Shown in pieces: positions 26,828 through 37,200 of a stretch of 64,000 nt of DNA. Position 1 is the stretch's first letter. Every line of letters starts with the position of its first letter. The notes beneath the pieces are model-generated. The model worked only from the letters and a program-made list of their open reading frames with translations, was not told the DNA's origin and did no database searches. The position numbers and the translations under genes were made by a program. The DNA lies in the NCBI GenBank assembly GCA_963665095.1, contig OY762069.1, positions 3,328,001-3,392,000 on the forward strand, read 5' to 3'. This DNA is from an uncultured Desulfobacter sp. (GTDB lineage Bacteria > Desulfobacterota > Desulfobacteria > Desulfobacterales > Desulfobacteraceae).

Positions 26828-28144
26828 CAGTAGTGTCCGGTTAGGTTTTTGCTTGCGCTGTACTTGTGATTTTTTGATCTTTGACAATATTGTCTCTGTT
26901 TAAACCCTCAGTCGCACCCTAGTTCTGCTCGATCAGATCATTCAAGATGGCTGTTCTTAGCTGTCGAACCCTTTTAACAGAAACCTTCTCGTTAAATTCG
27001 TCTCGGCAATAGATTGCCAGCAACAGGTACGTGATGAGGCCACTAAGGATTTGCACCATGAGGCCATATTCACTACGGGCAATGAGGTGGTAAACTTTCA
27101 GGTGCTCTTTCCACCATTTGAAAAAATCTTCAATGGTCCACCGGAGTTTATAAACGGTCGCTATTTGTTCTGCTGTTAAATCATGCCTGTCCGTTGCCAC
27201 ATAGTATTTCACACCGGCAATTTTATAGCCAACAACCCGAACCGGCATTTTCGTCTGGTTTTGATTCGGAGTGCCAAGAAGAACCAGAGCGTCATAAAAG
27301 ATGTAACTGTCAGCGTTGACTTCGTGAGTATCAATTACCGTTCTGGTTGTTTTGGCTTTTATACGGCAAACAAAATGCTTGCCCTGCGCCTGAAGCAGAT
27401 CAAAATCGTGATGTGATTGATAACCACGATCCATGACACCAGTTTGCCCTTTGGAAAGTATCTTTGGAACAAAAGGACGCTCAGCTCCATTGCCCTCTGT
27501 CAGAAATATTTTGTTTGGAATGCCGTGATTAATATCAAATCCGCAATGTGCTTTGGCTTTCTTGCTTCCTTTCCTGTAGTTGGCCCAATGCATTGAAAGA
27601 ACAGCATTTATAAGACTGCCGTCAATGGATACCAGATCGCCCAACTCAGCATGCTCCTTTGGTAGACACCCAACAGCCTGTTTATAAAGGTCTTCGAACA
27701 AAAATTGCAGTTGTTCAAGCCCTCGGTGGTTGACTGCTTCGCAAAAGCTACTGCGGCTGATACCGCCTTCCGGAGCAATATGTTCTTTGGCAAAAATATT
27801 TTCCTTGAGATCTTGGACTAAATGCCGGGCTGATTTGTGTTCCTGCAGATGGAAATAAATCAGGGCATTTATCTGGTCTTCGAATGTCATTTTTAACGGT
27901 CGGTCTCCTCGAGATTTCAATTCTGGTGCTTGTGGAAACGACCTTATCAGAGGGTCACGAAACTTGTCAAAATTCAGGGACTGTATTGTGGCTTTGGTAA
28001 TTGAAATGCGCGTCATTTGGGCTCCTTGATAAAATTTTTCAAGGCGCGCAAAAATTTTTACGCACATTTGTCAACATAAAAATGACGTTTTTTTGAATAA
28101 TTTTAGATGTTTTTTATATGCAACAACCTAACCGGACACTACTG
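26828..28144 (-). mobile_element. IS4-family element (1317 bp)
   Basis: perfect IR cagtagtgtccggttaggtt; 9-bp duplication GGAGATTAA (26819-26827, 28145-28153). Confidence 0.93.
26919..28016 (-). CDS. IS4-family transposase
   Basis: SIDGS, MDRGY, YKLRWTIEDFFK (YREK); start MTRISI after AGGAG. Confidence 0.93.
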   Translation of the reverse strand: MTRISITKATIQSLNFDKFRDPLIRSFPQAPELKSRGDRPLKMTFEDQINALIYFHLQEHKSARHLVQDLKENIFAKEHIAPEGGISRSSFCEAVNHRGLEQLQFLFEDLYKQAVGCLPKEHAELGDLVSIDGSLINAVLSMHWANYRKGSKKAKAHCGFDINHGIPNKIFLTEGNGAERPFVPKILSKGQTGVMDRGYQSHHDFDLLQAQGKHFVCRIKAKTTRTVIDTHEVNADSYIFYDALVLLGTPNQNQTKMPVRVVGYKIAGVKYYVATDRHDLTAEQIATVYKLRWTIEDFFKWWKEHLKVYHLIARSEYGLMVQILSGLITYLLLAIYCRDEFNEKVSVKRVRQLRTAILNDLIEQN

Positions 28145-28149
28145 GGAGA

Positions 28150-28468
28150 TTAAGCATCTCCTGTAAAAAAAATGCAACAGAGCATGAGGTCCCCCTTCGT
28201 TTGGCTACGTCCCTCCAGTGGAGGACCATCTGCCTGTAAGAGAGCGTTAGGGATTCGTTTGCTACAAATTCTTAATGCAGCGTAGCGTTAAGAACTGCGC
28301 TCGAAGAGAAGCTTATGCTTACAACTGTTTGAGGACCAACTGGACCGCAGTTTTTGCAGTTTAGCGCAGCAAATTTAGAAGTTGTACAAACGGATTTCAG
28401 CGAACGACAGACAGGTGGTCTGGAACGGGTTGAACCGCAGATTTGCATTCAACTTTATTGAAGATTAA
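28150..28468. repeat. nested-palindrome non-coding element (MITE/REP-like or structured RNA)
   Basis: gaccatctgcctgt/acagacaggtggtc, gggattcgtttg.tacaa/ttgtacaaacggattt, ttcttaatgc/gcgttaagaa stems; no ORF. Confidence 0.5.
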
Positions 28469-28629
28469 CCATATTTTTACATGCGATTGCCCTGGGGTAA
28501 ACAAAAAAACGCTTTTGACAAAAAAAATGGACGTTTTTGATATCCGGGTCTGATCCTCAGGGCCTATAGTCATTGTAACATTTATTATTCGTCAGATATG
28601 ACAAGACACTTGAGTGAAACTATAATGCC

Positions 28630-29646
28630 ATGAAAAAAATACCTGAAATCCGCCATTCATGGGCACGGCTCTATTCGCTTCTGAGAATGGATCCGGCCGG
28701 GGATGTCCTGGTAACGGCTGTTAAACAAAAAATATTTGACCATCTTAGGAAACCTGAGCCTGCGGACCGGATTGCCCGGCTGTTGAACTCCCATCCCGGC
28801 AATACCAGTGTTTTTCTCAATGCACTGGCCGGTGTGGGGGTCATTCACAAAAAAAACGGGCAGTTTTCCAACACGCCTGAAAGTGATGCCTTTCTGGTCA
28901 GTACAAGCCCGTCGTACCTGGGGCCGTTTTTCTGCCGGGTCCGGAATTTTTTCACACGGTGCCGGTCCCCGGAACATATAGAATCGTTGCTCATGAACGG
29001 CCCGGCAAATAGCATGGCCACCAGGGATGATTCCGAGTGGGTGGCCTATACCCGGCAGGCCTCGGCCCACCAGTTTTGCGGCCCTGCACAGAGAACGGCA
29101 GAATTTCTGGCTTCCCTGCCTGAATTTCCGGGCATGAAGAAAATGCTTGATCTCGGGGGCGGGGCGGGGTTTTACACCATGTTAACGGTCATGGCCCATA
29201 AAACCATGACAGGTGTTGTTTTTGATCTTCCCCCGGTTGTTGCGGTCGCCCGTGAATTCATCAGGGAGTACGGGTTTTCAGACCGGGTATCCACCATGGG
29301 AGGCGATTACACAAAAGACCCCTTGGGCGATTCCTATGACCTGGTTTATGCCGGGGGCACGTTCAACTTTGCAAAGGCCCATATTGATACGGTTTTTCAA
29401 AAAATATATGCAGCCCTTAACCCTGGGGGTGTTTTTATATCCCAGCATGGCTCAGTTTCCAAAGACCGGAATGAGCCAGGCGATCAGACCCTGGATTTTT
29501 TGTTTGATGAACTTAGCGGGATGGATATCTTTTTCCCCAAAGGCATGATTGCCAAAGCAATGACCCGTGCAGGTTTCAAGGCCGTCACCAGCACAGTCCA
29601 AAAAAGTGAGTTTGGTGGCGCGGAAATTGACATTGCAAGAAAATAG
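28630..29646 (+). CDS. SAM-dependent O-methyltransferase with dimerisation domain
   Basis: MLDLGGGAG, VFDLPPV, GGDY, ALNPGG. Confidence 0.88.
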   Translation: MKKIPEIRHSWARLYSLLRMDPAGDVLVTAVKQKIFDHLRKPEPADRIARLLNSHPGNTSVFLNALAGVGVIHKKNGQFSNTPESDAFLVSTSPSYLGPFFCRVRNFFTRCRSPEHIESLLMNGPANSMATRDDSEWVAYTRQASAHQFCGPAQRTAEFLASLPEFPGMKKMLDLGGGAGFYTMLTVMAHKTMTGVVFDLPPVVAVAREFIREYGFSDRVSTMGGDYTKDPLGDSYDLVYAGGTFNFAKAHIDTVFQKIYAALNPGGVFISQHGSVSKDRNEPGDQTLDFLFDELSGMDIFFPKGMIAKAMTRAGFKAVTSTVQKSEFGGAEIDIARK

Positions 29647-29656
29647 GACCAGAGAA

Positions 29657-30871
29657 ATGATGATGACTAAACTCTCCTGCCGCAAACCACCCCTTGTTTT
29701 CCTGTTTGCACTGATTTTTATTCTTTTGGTTTCAAAAAGTGCCCTATGTTCCGACACCGATTTTACCACAATTAAAGACCATAGGGATAAATCCGTCAGG
29801 ATTCCCAGCACCATAAACCGGGTGGCAACCATCAGCGACGGTATGATCGCCCAGGTGATGACCTGTTTCGGCGTGGCCGGAAAAATTGTTGCCGCAGGTT
29901 CTGAATGCATCCCGCGGACATGGGCGCCCACCTATCCGGGAACCGGGGGAAAAACAGTTTCATACCATGGAGGCATGAATACGGTGACCTATCTGAATCC
30001 GCGGCTAATGGAGATTCCACTTATTGCAAAATACGGCTCTGCCATCAACTATGAAAAACTGGCAACTCTTAAACCCGATCTTCTCATTGCGCGCATGGGG
30101 TCATGTACCCTTTCTTCAGGCCGGGATGTGGTTAGAAAAAGCCTTGATCTTGTGGAGTCCTTAGGAATACCGGTGGTGATGCTGTCCGGTGAGCAAGCCG
30201 CAAAGGTCCCCGACGTTTCAGGCATGTACCGTGAAATCAGCCTTTTGGGAAAGGTGTTCGGCAAAGAAGTGCAGGCCGGTCAATTAATTGATTTCCTGGA
30301 ACAGACCCTTGGATTTATCAAGAACCGCACAGACCGTATCCCGAATGCTGATAAAAAAAGAGTCCTGTTGCTGGGGCTTTCCCCCAGAGCCAGAAGTGAC
30401 GGTGCCGCAGGACATACAAAAGGTACCGGCACCCTTCAGGGCATTTTTTTAAGCCAGTTTGTCAATGCCGCCAATGCCTATGAAGGCCCGGGGGCGTGGG
30501 CTGTTTTAAATGCGGAACAGATCCTTTCCATGGATCCTGATGTCATCATACTTATTACAGACTGGGGGTACCATCCCCCACAGGAACTTTACGATGCTTC
30601 TTATTACAAGAGTCTTAGACATCTTAAGGCCGTGAAAAACCGTTGTGTGGCCTCGCTTCCCTTCACCCCCTGCAATTGCGAAAAAAGACTTGAATTCCCT
30701 GTCGACATCATGGTTATGGCCAAAACAGCCTATCCCCGGCTGTTTGAGGATATAGACCTTGGCGACTGGATTCTTAAATTTTATCAGGACCTTTACGGCG
30801 TTGACGCCCAAACTGCAAAGGAACTTATGTGCTGCCAGTTTTTGGACTGGACCTTATCCAGTAAAAATTAA
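29657..30871 (+). CDS. iron/cobalamin-type ABC substrate-binding protein
   Basis: signal peptide, INYEKLATLKPDLLI, NAEQILSMDPDVII. Confidence 0.8.
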   Translation: MMMTKLSCRKPPLVFLFALIFILLVSKSALCSDTDFTTIKDHRDKSVRIPSTINRVATISDGMIAQVMTCFGVAGKIVAAGSECIPRTWAPTYPGTGGKTVSYHGGMNTVTYLNPRLMEIPLIAKYGSAINYEKLATLKPDLLIARMGSCTLSSGRDVVRKSLDLVESLGIPVVMLSGEQAAKVPDVSGMYREISLLGKVFGKEVQAGQLIDFLEQTLGFIKNRTDRIPNADKKRVLLLGLSPRARSDGAAGHTKGTGTLQGIFLSQFVNAANAYEGPGAWAVLNAEQILSMDPDVIILITDWGYHPPQELYDASYYKSLRHLKAVKNRCVASLPFTPCNCEKRLEFPVDIMVMAKTAYPRLFEDIDLGDWILKFYQDLYGVDAQTAKELMCCQFLDWTLSSKN

Positions 30872-30903
30872 GTATTTCAGAAAAAGAACCGCCCAAACCC
30901 AAA

Positions 30904-31867
30904 ATGAAAAGCACAATTGGGCTCAGACCCAGATATAATTTCAGTGACATCATCGGAGAGAGCCCCAGCCTTAAAAAGACCATGGAAACAGCAAAATTTC
31001 TGGCCCTCAGCAAAGAAAATATTCTGCTGACCGGTGAGAGCGGCTCTGGTAAGGAGCTGTTTGAACTGTGCCGCATTTCCCCGCAGCCTGATTGAAAGCG
31101 AACTGTTCAGGTACGAGCAGGATGCTTTTACCGGCGCGGAAAAAAGACGGACGTCCCGGAAAGATCGAGCTTGCCAACGGGGCACACTTTTTCTGGATGA
31201 AATCGGGGATATGCCCATTGATATCCAGGCCATCCTGCTTCGTGTGCTTCAGGACCGGCAGCTGGTTCGCATTGGCAGTGTCAAATGCCGGCATGTGGAT
31301 ATCTGTGTGATTGCCGCCACCAATCAGAATCTGAAGCAGTTGATTGAGGAAAAAAAATTCAGACAGGATCTGTATTTCCGGCTGTCAGTGCTCTCCTTGC
31401 CGGTTCCGCCTTTAAGGGAGCACCATGGAGATGTGGAGCTGCTGACACAGTTCTTTTTAGAAACCTATTGCAAAGAAAATGATCTGCCCGTGCCTGTGAT
31501 GGATACCCGGGTGCAGGCGCTGTTCAGTGCAAACCAATGGCCCGGCAACGTCAGGGAGCTGGAAAATGCAGTCAAATAGTGTGTAAATATGTCCAGGGGC
31601 AATACCATCCGGCTGGAACATGTCCCGGAGGATATTCACAAGGGAACAAGCAGCTTCTGTGTCGGGCCGGAACCGGTTAAAAGCAGTGACCCTTTTCTGG
31701 AGCAGACAGATGCAACCTGTCTGCCGTATTTAAAAGAGATTGAAGCCCTTTATGTTGCAAAGACATTGGAAGCAACAAACCATAACATGACCCGGGCGGC
31801 TGCCCTGCTGGGGATCAGCAAGACCACACTTTATCGGCGGATAAAGGGGCAGCAGGGTCACCTCTGA
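30904..31867 (+). pseudogene. degenerate sigma54-dependent activator
   Basis: LTGESGSGKELF then internal deletion/frameshift near 31062, DAFTGA, shifted GRPGKIELA segment, in-frame TAG 31577-31579 before Fis HTH; no sensor domain. Confidence 0.8.
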
Positions 31868-32014
31868 AAAGGCCGAGCCTGAGCATTTTAATTGCCCTTA
31901 AGAACCAGGCCAAGTTTTCTTGACAATGCAGCTCCTGTTTATATATTTATTTTCATGACTTTTTATATTGTAACTGATTCCCACTTTCCAACTTTAATTT
32001 AAGGATAAAAGCCC

Positions 32015-32674
32015 ATGTTGAAATTAGGTGAAAAAGGAGCCATCCTCCAGAACGACAACGAAACCTATGCCATTGCCCCCCACATTCCCTGCGGGGTTGT
32101 CACACCGGATCTGCTCAGAAAAATTGCCGATGTGGCGGATAAGTACAACGCCAAAGCGGTGAAGATCACCGGGGCCACCCGGGTGACCATTGTGGGGCTC
32201 AAAGAGGACGATATTGATGCCGCCTGGCAGGATCTGCAGATGGATATAGGCGCAGCCGTGGGTATGTGTGTCAGATCCGTACGGGCCTGTCCGGGCACCA
32301 CCTTCTGCAGACTTGCCAAGCAGGATGCCTTAGGGATGGGCATGGAGATGGATAAACGCTACCACGCCATGGAGCTTCCCGGCAAATTCAAAATGGCTGT
32401 GTCAGGCTGTAAGCTCTCCTGTGCCGAATCCTGGGTCAGAGATCTCGGACTTATCGGGGACCCCAAGGGCTGGACCATCGTACTGGGCGGCAATGTGGGC
32501 ATGAAACCCAGAATCGCCCGGCAGGTGGCGGAAGGCATTGGCACTGAAGAGACCCTGGCAGCCTGTGAGCGCATTGTCAATTTTTATCAAGAAAACGCCA
32601 AAACAGGTGAGCGCCTGGGAAAAATGATTGAACGCCTGGGGCTGGAACCGTTTGAGCAGGTTGTGAAAGGGTAG
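32015..32674 (+). CDS. nitrite/sulfite reductase 4Fe-4S domain protein
   Basis: VRACPGTTFC, KFKMAVSGCKLSCAE, GERLG. Confidence 0.85.
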   Translation: MLKLGEKGAILQNDNETYAIAPHIPCGVVTPDLLRKIADVADKYNAKAVKITGATRVTIVGLKEDDIDAAWQDLQMDIGAAVGMCVRSVRACPGTTFCRLAKQDALGMGMEMDKRYHAMELPGKFKMAVSGCKLSCAESWVRDLGLIGDPKGWTIVLGGNVGMKPRIARQVAEGIGTEETLAACERIVNFYQENAKTGERLGKMIERLGLEPFEQVVKG

Positions 32675-32676
32675 CA

Positions 32677-33585
32677 ATGAATTCCTGGCATATCCCAAAA
32701 ACGCGGTTTCCCATTGAGGTAACACCCCGGGTGCATGTGCTGGGCAACTATTTTTTCAACCTTACCCTGGTGTCAGGCACTGAACTGACCCTGCTTTTTG
32801 AAGCAGGGGTTTCAGCGGTGGTGGATGAGGTCATTGCCCAGCTGGACCAGCTTGGCATGGAGCCGGACATCATTGTGGTCAGCCATCCCCATTCAGACCA
32901 TGTCACAGGACTTCCCGGACTTGCGGACCGGTTTACCAAAGCCAGGATCATTGCAGGTATGGGGGCCAAAGCGTTTATGACCCACCCCAAGGCGGCACCA
33001 GCCCTGGTGGCCGAAGACCGGTTCATATCCCGGCGCCTTGAAGAGCTGGGCATTACACCGGGACGGCCAAGCCTTGAAGCGGCGCTTGATGTCAGCCGTA
33101 TTGAAGAGATTACCTCCCCTGCCCGGCTGGATCTGGGCTGGGGTGTTTTTTTTGATCTCATGCCGGCCAAAGGGCACTCCCCCGGGGCTTTGATGGGATT
33201 TATGCAGCCTGACAATGTGCTGTGCACCTCCGATGCGCTGGGATTTCACTATCCGGGAAGAGATTTCTGGCCCCTGTTTTTCACAGGGGTGACAGATTAC
33301 CTTGACACCCTTGACCAGATCAGGAAATTGGCCCCTTCAGTCATATCTCCTGCCCACCAGGGCCCCATTCTTTCAGATCAGGTGAACCAGGTACTGGCAC
33401 AGGCCCGTTCCCGAGCCCTTGACATTGTCGATAAAATCAGAGATACCCAACTTAGTGACCAGGATCTGATCAAAGAACTGTTCGACACCTCATACAAAGA
33501 GGAGTTTTCTCTATATACCCGGGAAAACATCATGAACTGCTCAGGACTGCTGGTTAAACGGGCCCGGGAATTTCAACCGGCCTGA
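32677..33585 (+). CDS. metallo-beta-lactamase fold hydrolase
   Basis: SHPHSDH, GHSPG, SDALG, PAHQG. Confidence 0.88.
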   Translation: MNSWHIPKTRFPIEVTPRVHVLGNYFFNLTLVSGTELTLLFEAGVSAVVDEVIAQLDQLGMEPDIIVVSHPHSDHVTGLPGLADRFTKARIIAGMGAKAFMTHPKAAPALVAEDRFISRRLEELGITPGRPSLEAALDVSRIEEITSPARLDLGWGVFFDLMPAKGHSPGALMGFMQPDNVLCTSDALGFHYPGRDFWPLFFTGVTDYLDTLDQIRKLAPSVISPAHQGPILSDQVNQVLAQARSRALDIVDKIRDTQLSDQDLIKELFDTSYKEEFSLYTRENIMNCSGLLVKRAREFQPA

Positions 33586-33642
33586 CACCGGCGATTGGCC
33601 CAGGCCACTATTCAAATTAACCTCTTATGAAAGCAGGGAATC

Positions 33643-34203
33643 ATGAAAAAATATCTGTTAGTCCTTATTATCTTATCTTTTTTTGTCAGTGCCTGCAGCA
33701 CGCTTAAAGTAACCTCCGATTTTGACGAGTCTGCAGATTTTACAAAGTATAAAACCTACTCCTATCTTGGCTGGAGCAAAAACTGCAGTGAACTGGTCAA
33801 TGACCTGGATAAAAAAAGAGTGGAAACCGCCTTCAACAATGAATTCAAATCCAGGGGAATGACGATTGTCGCCACCGGAGGGGACATTGAGATTTCCTTA
33901 TACCTGGTCACAGACACTAAGACGGCAACAACAGCCTATACCGATTATTACGGCGGATTCACCGGATATTACTACCGCCATGCCTGGGGCTGGGGACTTG
34001 GTTATGCCACCACCACCTACCATGAATATGACTATACCGTGGGCACACTGGTTTGTGATGTGATTGACGGTCAAAGTAAAAAGCTGGTGTGGCAGGGGGT
34101 TGGTTCCGGCACGGTCAGTGAGAATTCTGCCGGCAGGAAAAAGAAGATACCGGCTGCCGTTAAAAAAATCATGACACTTTATCCTGTTGCACCGGTTCAA
34201 TAA
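33643..34203 (+). CDS. DUF4136-type lipoprotein
   Basis: lipobox VSAC, DFTKYKTY, YTVGTLVCDVID...LVWQG. Confidence 0.8.
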   Translation: MKKYLLVLIILSFFVSACSTLKVTSDFDESADFTKYKTYSYLGWSKNCSELVNDLDKKRVETAFNNEFKSRGMTIVATGGDIEISLYLVTDTKTATTAYTDYYGGFTGYYYRHAWGWGLGYATTTYHEYDYTVGTLVCDVIDGQSKKLVWQGVGSGTVSENSAGRKKKIPAAVKKIMTLYPVAPVQ

Positions 34204-34226
34204 GTATACAGACGGGTTTTCAGGTA

Positions 34227-37200
34227 TTATTCCAGTTTTATGCCCAGCTCCCGGCAAAGCGCCTGCAGAAGCTGTGCAGCCCCATCGAAATCATATCCAC
34301 TGATTTTCCCGGCCAGCTGGGCCACAAGATTTCTGGGAACATCTTCCTGAATCACAGCCTTTAGCTGCCGGACAATGGTGCCGGCATCGGTATCATTGTC
34401 TTCAAGCATCTTTGAAAGGGTGATCAGTATCGGCCTTATCGCCTCAGGGGTGAAATCAGGTGCATGGGGCTGTAAAACCTGAACGGCTGGATCACTTCGG
34501 GTCTGCTGTGCCATGGCGTTAATTCCCTCAATTGTCTGTGTCAGGCAGACCTCAAACGCCCCAAGCAGGGAGTGGGCAGTGTCAATATCCGCTTCTTTCA
34601 AAGCGGTGTCTATCTGGGTTACGACGTTGAAAAGCGGCTTTGCCCCGATATTACCGGCCACCCCCTTGATGGTATGGGCAAGGCGCTGGGCGGTTTCCAT
34701 ATCAGCCACCGATAGGGCGCTCAAAATCCTGTCTGCCGTATCTGCATGGTTTTGGGCAAATTTATTCAAAAGGTCCCGGTACAGACGACTGTCACCACCG
34801 AGACGGGCAAGGCCATCCGCCACATCAATACCCGGCAGGGGTCCGAAACCACCGACGGCTGTTTCTGTCTCTTTATTTACCTGTGGGGAAGGGACCTGGG
34901 CCAGGTCCACTGAAGGATGAAGTGCCTTGCCCACTGGCCGGACCCATTTGCTCAGCACAGAAAGCAGGTCCTTTACATCAATGGGTTTGGCTACATGATC
35001 GTTCATCCCGGCATCCAGTGCCTTTTCCCGATCCCCGGTCATGGCGTTGGCGGTCATGGCAATGATGGGCAGATCATTGAACTTCGGATCTTTCCGGATC
35101 TGCCGGGCTGCTGTATACCCGTCCATTTCCGGCATGTTGATGTCCATGAGCACCGCATCATAAACGGCATATTCCAGCGCTTCCACAGCCAAAAGGCCAT
35201 TGTCTGCAATGTCAACAATGAACCCGTTGTTCTCAAGAATCCCCCGGGCCACCTGCTGGTTGACCTCGTTATCCTCGGCCACAAGCAGCTTTGCCCCCCG
35301 GATGGCCGCCACACTGGGAAGGCCTTCCCCGGCCTGCCAGCCAGAAGGCCGTGAAAGGTTTTTTCCGCCCAGGGCCGACATAATGGAATCCGACAGCAGG
35401 GACGGGGAGACCGGTTTGATCAGGTAGCCGGACAGACCCATGCGGTTTGCCTCCCGCATCAGCTCCTCCCGGGCGTAGGCTGAGACCATGATAATGGAAG
35501 GGATGTTCTCCTTCATGGAACTTTTTATCTGTGCGGCCGCATGCAGTCCGTCCATGCCCGGCATTTTCCAGTCCATGAGGACCAAAGCAAACGGCTCATT
35601 CGACTTTTCAGCCGCTTCCAGCTCAGCAAAACCCGCTTCGGCACTTTCAGCCTGAATCACTGTAAAGGACATGGCTTCAAGCATTTTCTCAAGTACTGTG
35701 CGGGAAATATAGTTGTCATCCACCACCAGTACTTTCTTATGTTGGATATCTGTATCATGCAGATCCGAGGTGATGGTGCTTAAGCCTGCACATTTCAGCC
35801 GCACGGTGAAAAAGAAGGTTGTTCCCTGCCCGTAGACACTTTCCACCCAGATGCGGCCTTTCATCATCTCCACCAGAAATTTGCTGATAAAAAGCCCCAG
35901 GCCTGTGCCGCCATATTTTCGAGTGGTGGAGGAATCAGCCTGGGCAAATGCCTGAAACAACTTATTCTGCTGCTCCCGGGTTAGCCCGATGCCGCTGTCC
36001 TGAACATAAAACTTCAACTGAACCTCATCGCTGTCGGATGCCAGTAAAGAACAGCCTATAACAATTTCTCCTGTCTCCGTAAACTTGACCGCATTATTGG
36101 TCAGGTTCAGCAGGATCTGGCCCATTCGGACGGGATCGCCAATGAGCTTGAGAGGTAAAGCAGGATCAATATTGTAAATCACCTCAAGCCCTTTTTCCTG
36201 GGCCCTGATACCCACCAGGTTCGTCACGGTTTCAAGCACGTCTTCCAATGAAAATTCAATATCCTCCATGCTGAGCTTGCCCGCCTCGATTTTACTGAAA
36301 TCAAGGATGTCGTTGATCACCCCTAAAAGGGCTTTGGAACCGGTTTCAATTTTCCGGATATAGTCTGACTGAATAACGTCAAGCTCGGTCTGCCGGGCCA
36401 GGTGGGAGAACCCGATAATGGCATTTAGGGGTGTGCGGATCTCATGGCTCATATTGGCCAGAAAATCGCTCTTGGCCTTTGTGGCCTCTTCGGCCACAAG
36501 CTTTGCCTCTTCCAGGTCTGCCGTGCGCTTCTTTACCAGCTCTTCAAGATGATCCCGGTAATCTTTCAACTCTTTCTCCGCCTGCTTGAGTTCGGTAATA
36601 TCCTTGGCAATGGAGGCAATACCCAAGGGCTTTCCCTCGTCATTTTTCAACAGCGAAAAGGTAAACAGCTGGGGAATCCTGGTCCCGTCTTTCCGAATTC
36701 TTTCCCCTTCTATATTTTTCAGAATTTCTCCGTTAATACAGCGCTGGAACAAGGCCTTTCCCCTGATATCCGCCTCCTTGGAAACAAGGGTCCCGATCTC
36801 CTTTCCGATAAGCTCGTCCCTGGAATATCCGTATGCTGTGCTAACCGCCTCATTCAGATCAAGAATAATCCCGGAAAGATCTGTGATGATGATGGGATCC
36901 GCCCCGTCCTCAAACACCCTAGACATCAGATGCAGCCCCCGCTCCGCCTCTTTCTGCTTGGTAATATCCTTGGCTGCCCCGGCAAGTCCTGTGACCTGCC
37001 CGTTTTTATCCAGAACAGGTTCATAGGCCGCTGATACCCAGATCCGGTCTCCATCCTTACACCGGATGCGCAGGATGCACTCATGGCGTTTCTGTTCACT
37101 TACGGCTTTTTCGGTGGCCCCAAGAAAAAGATCCCAGTCCCTGTCATCAATCAGGTGCCGGGGATAGTCCTTCATGACCATGCACTCTTCCACACTGTAC

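Noticed and set aside
31577..31579. In-frame TAG as possible pyrrolysine/readthrough
   Set aside because: The same gene has a deletion and frameshifts, so decay is the simpler explanation
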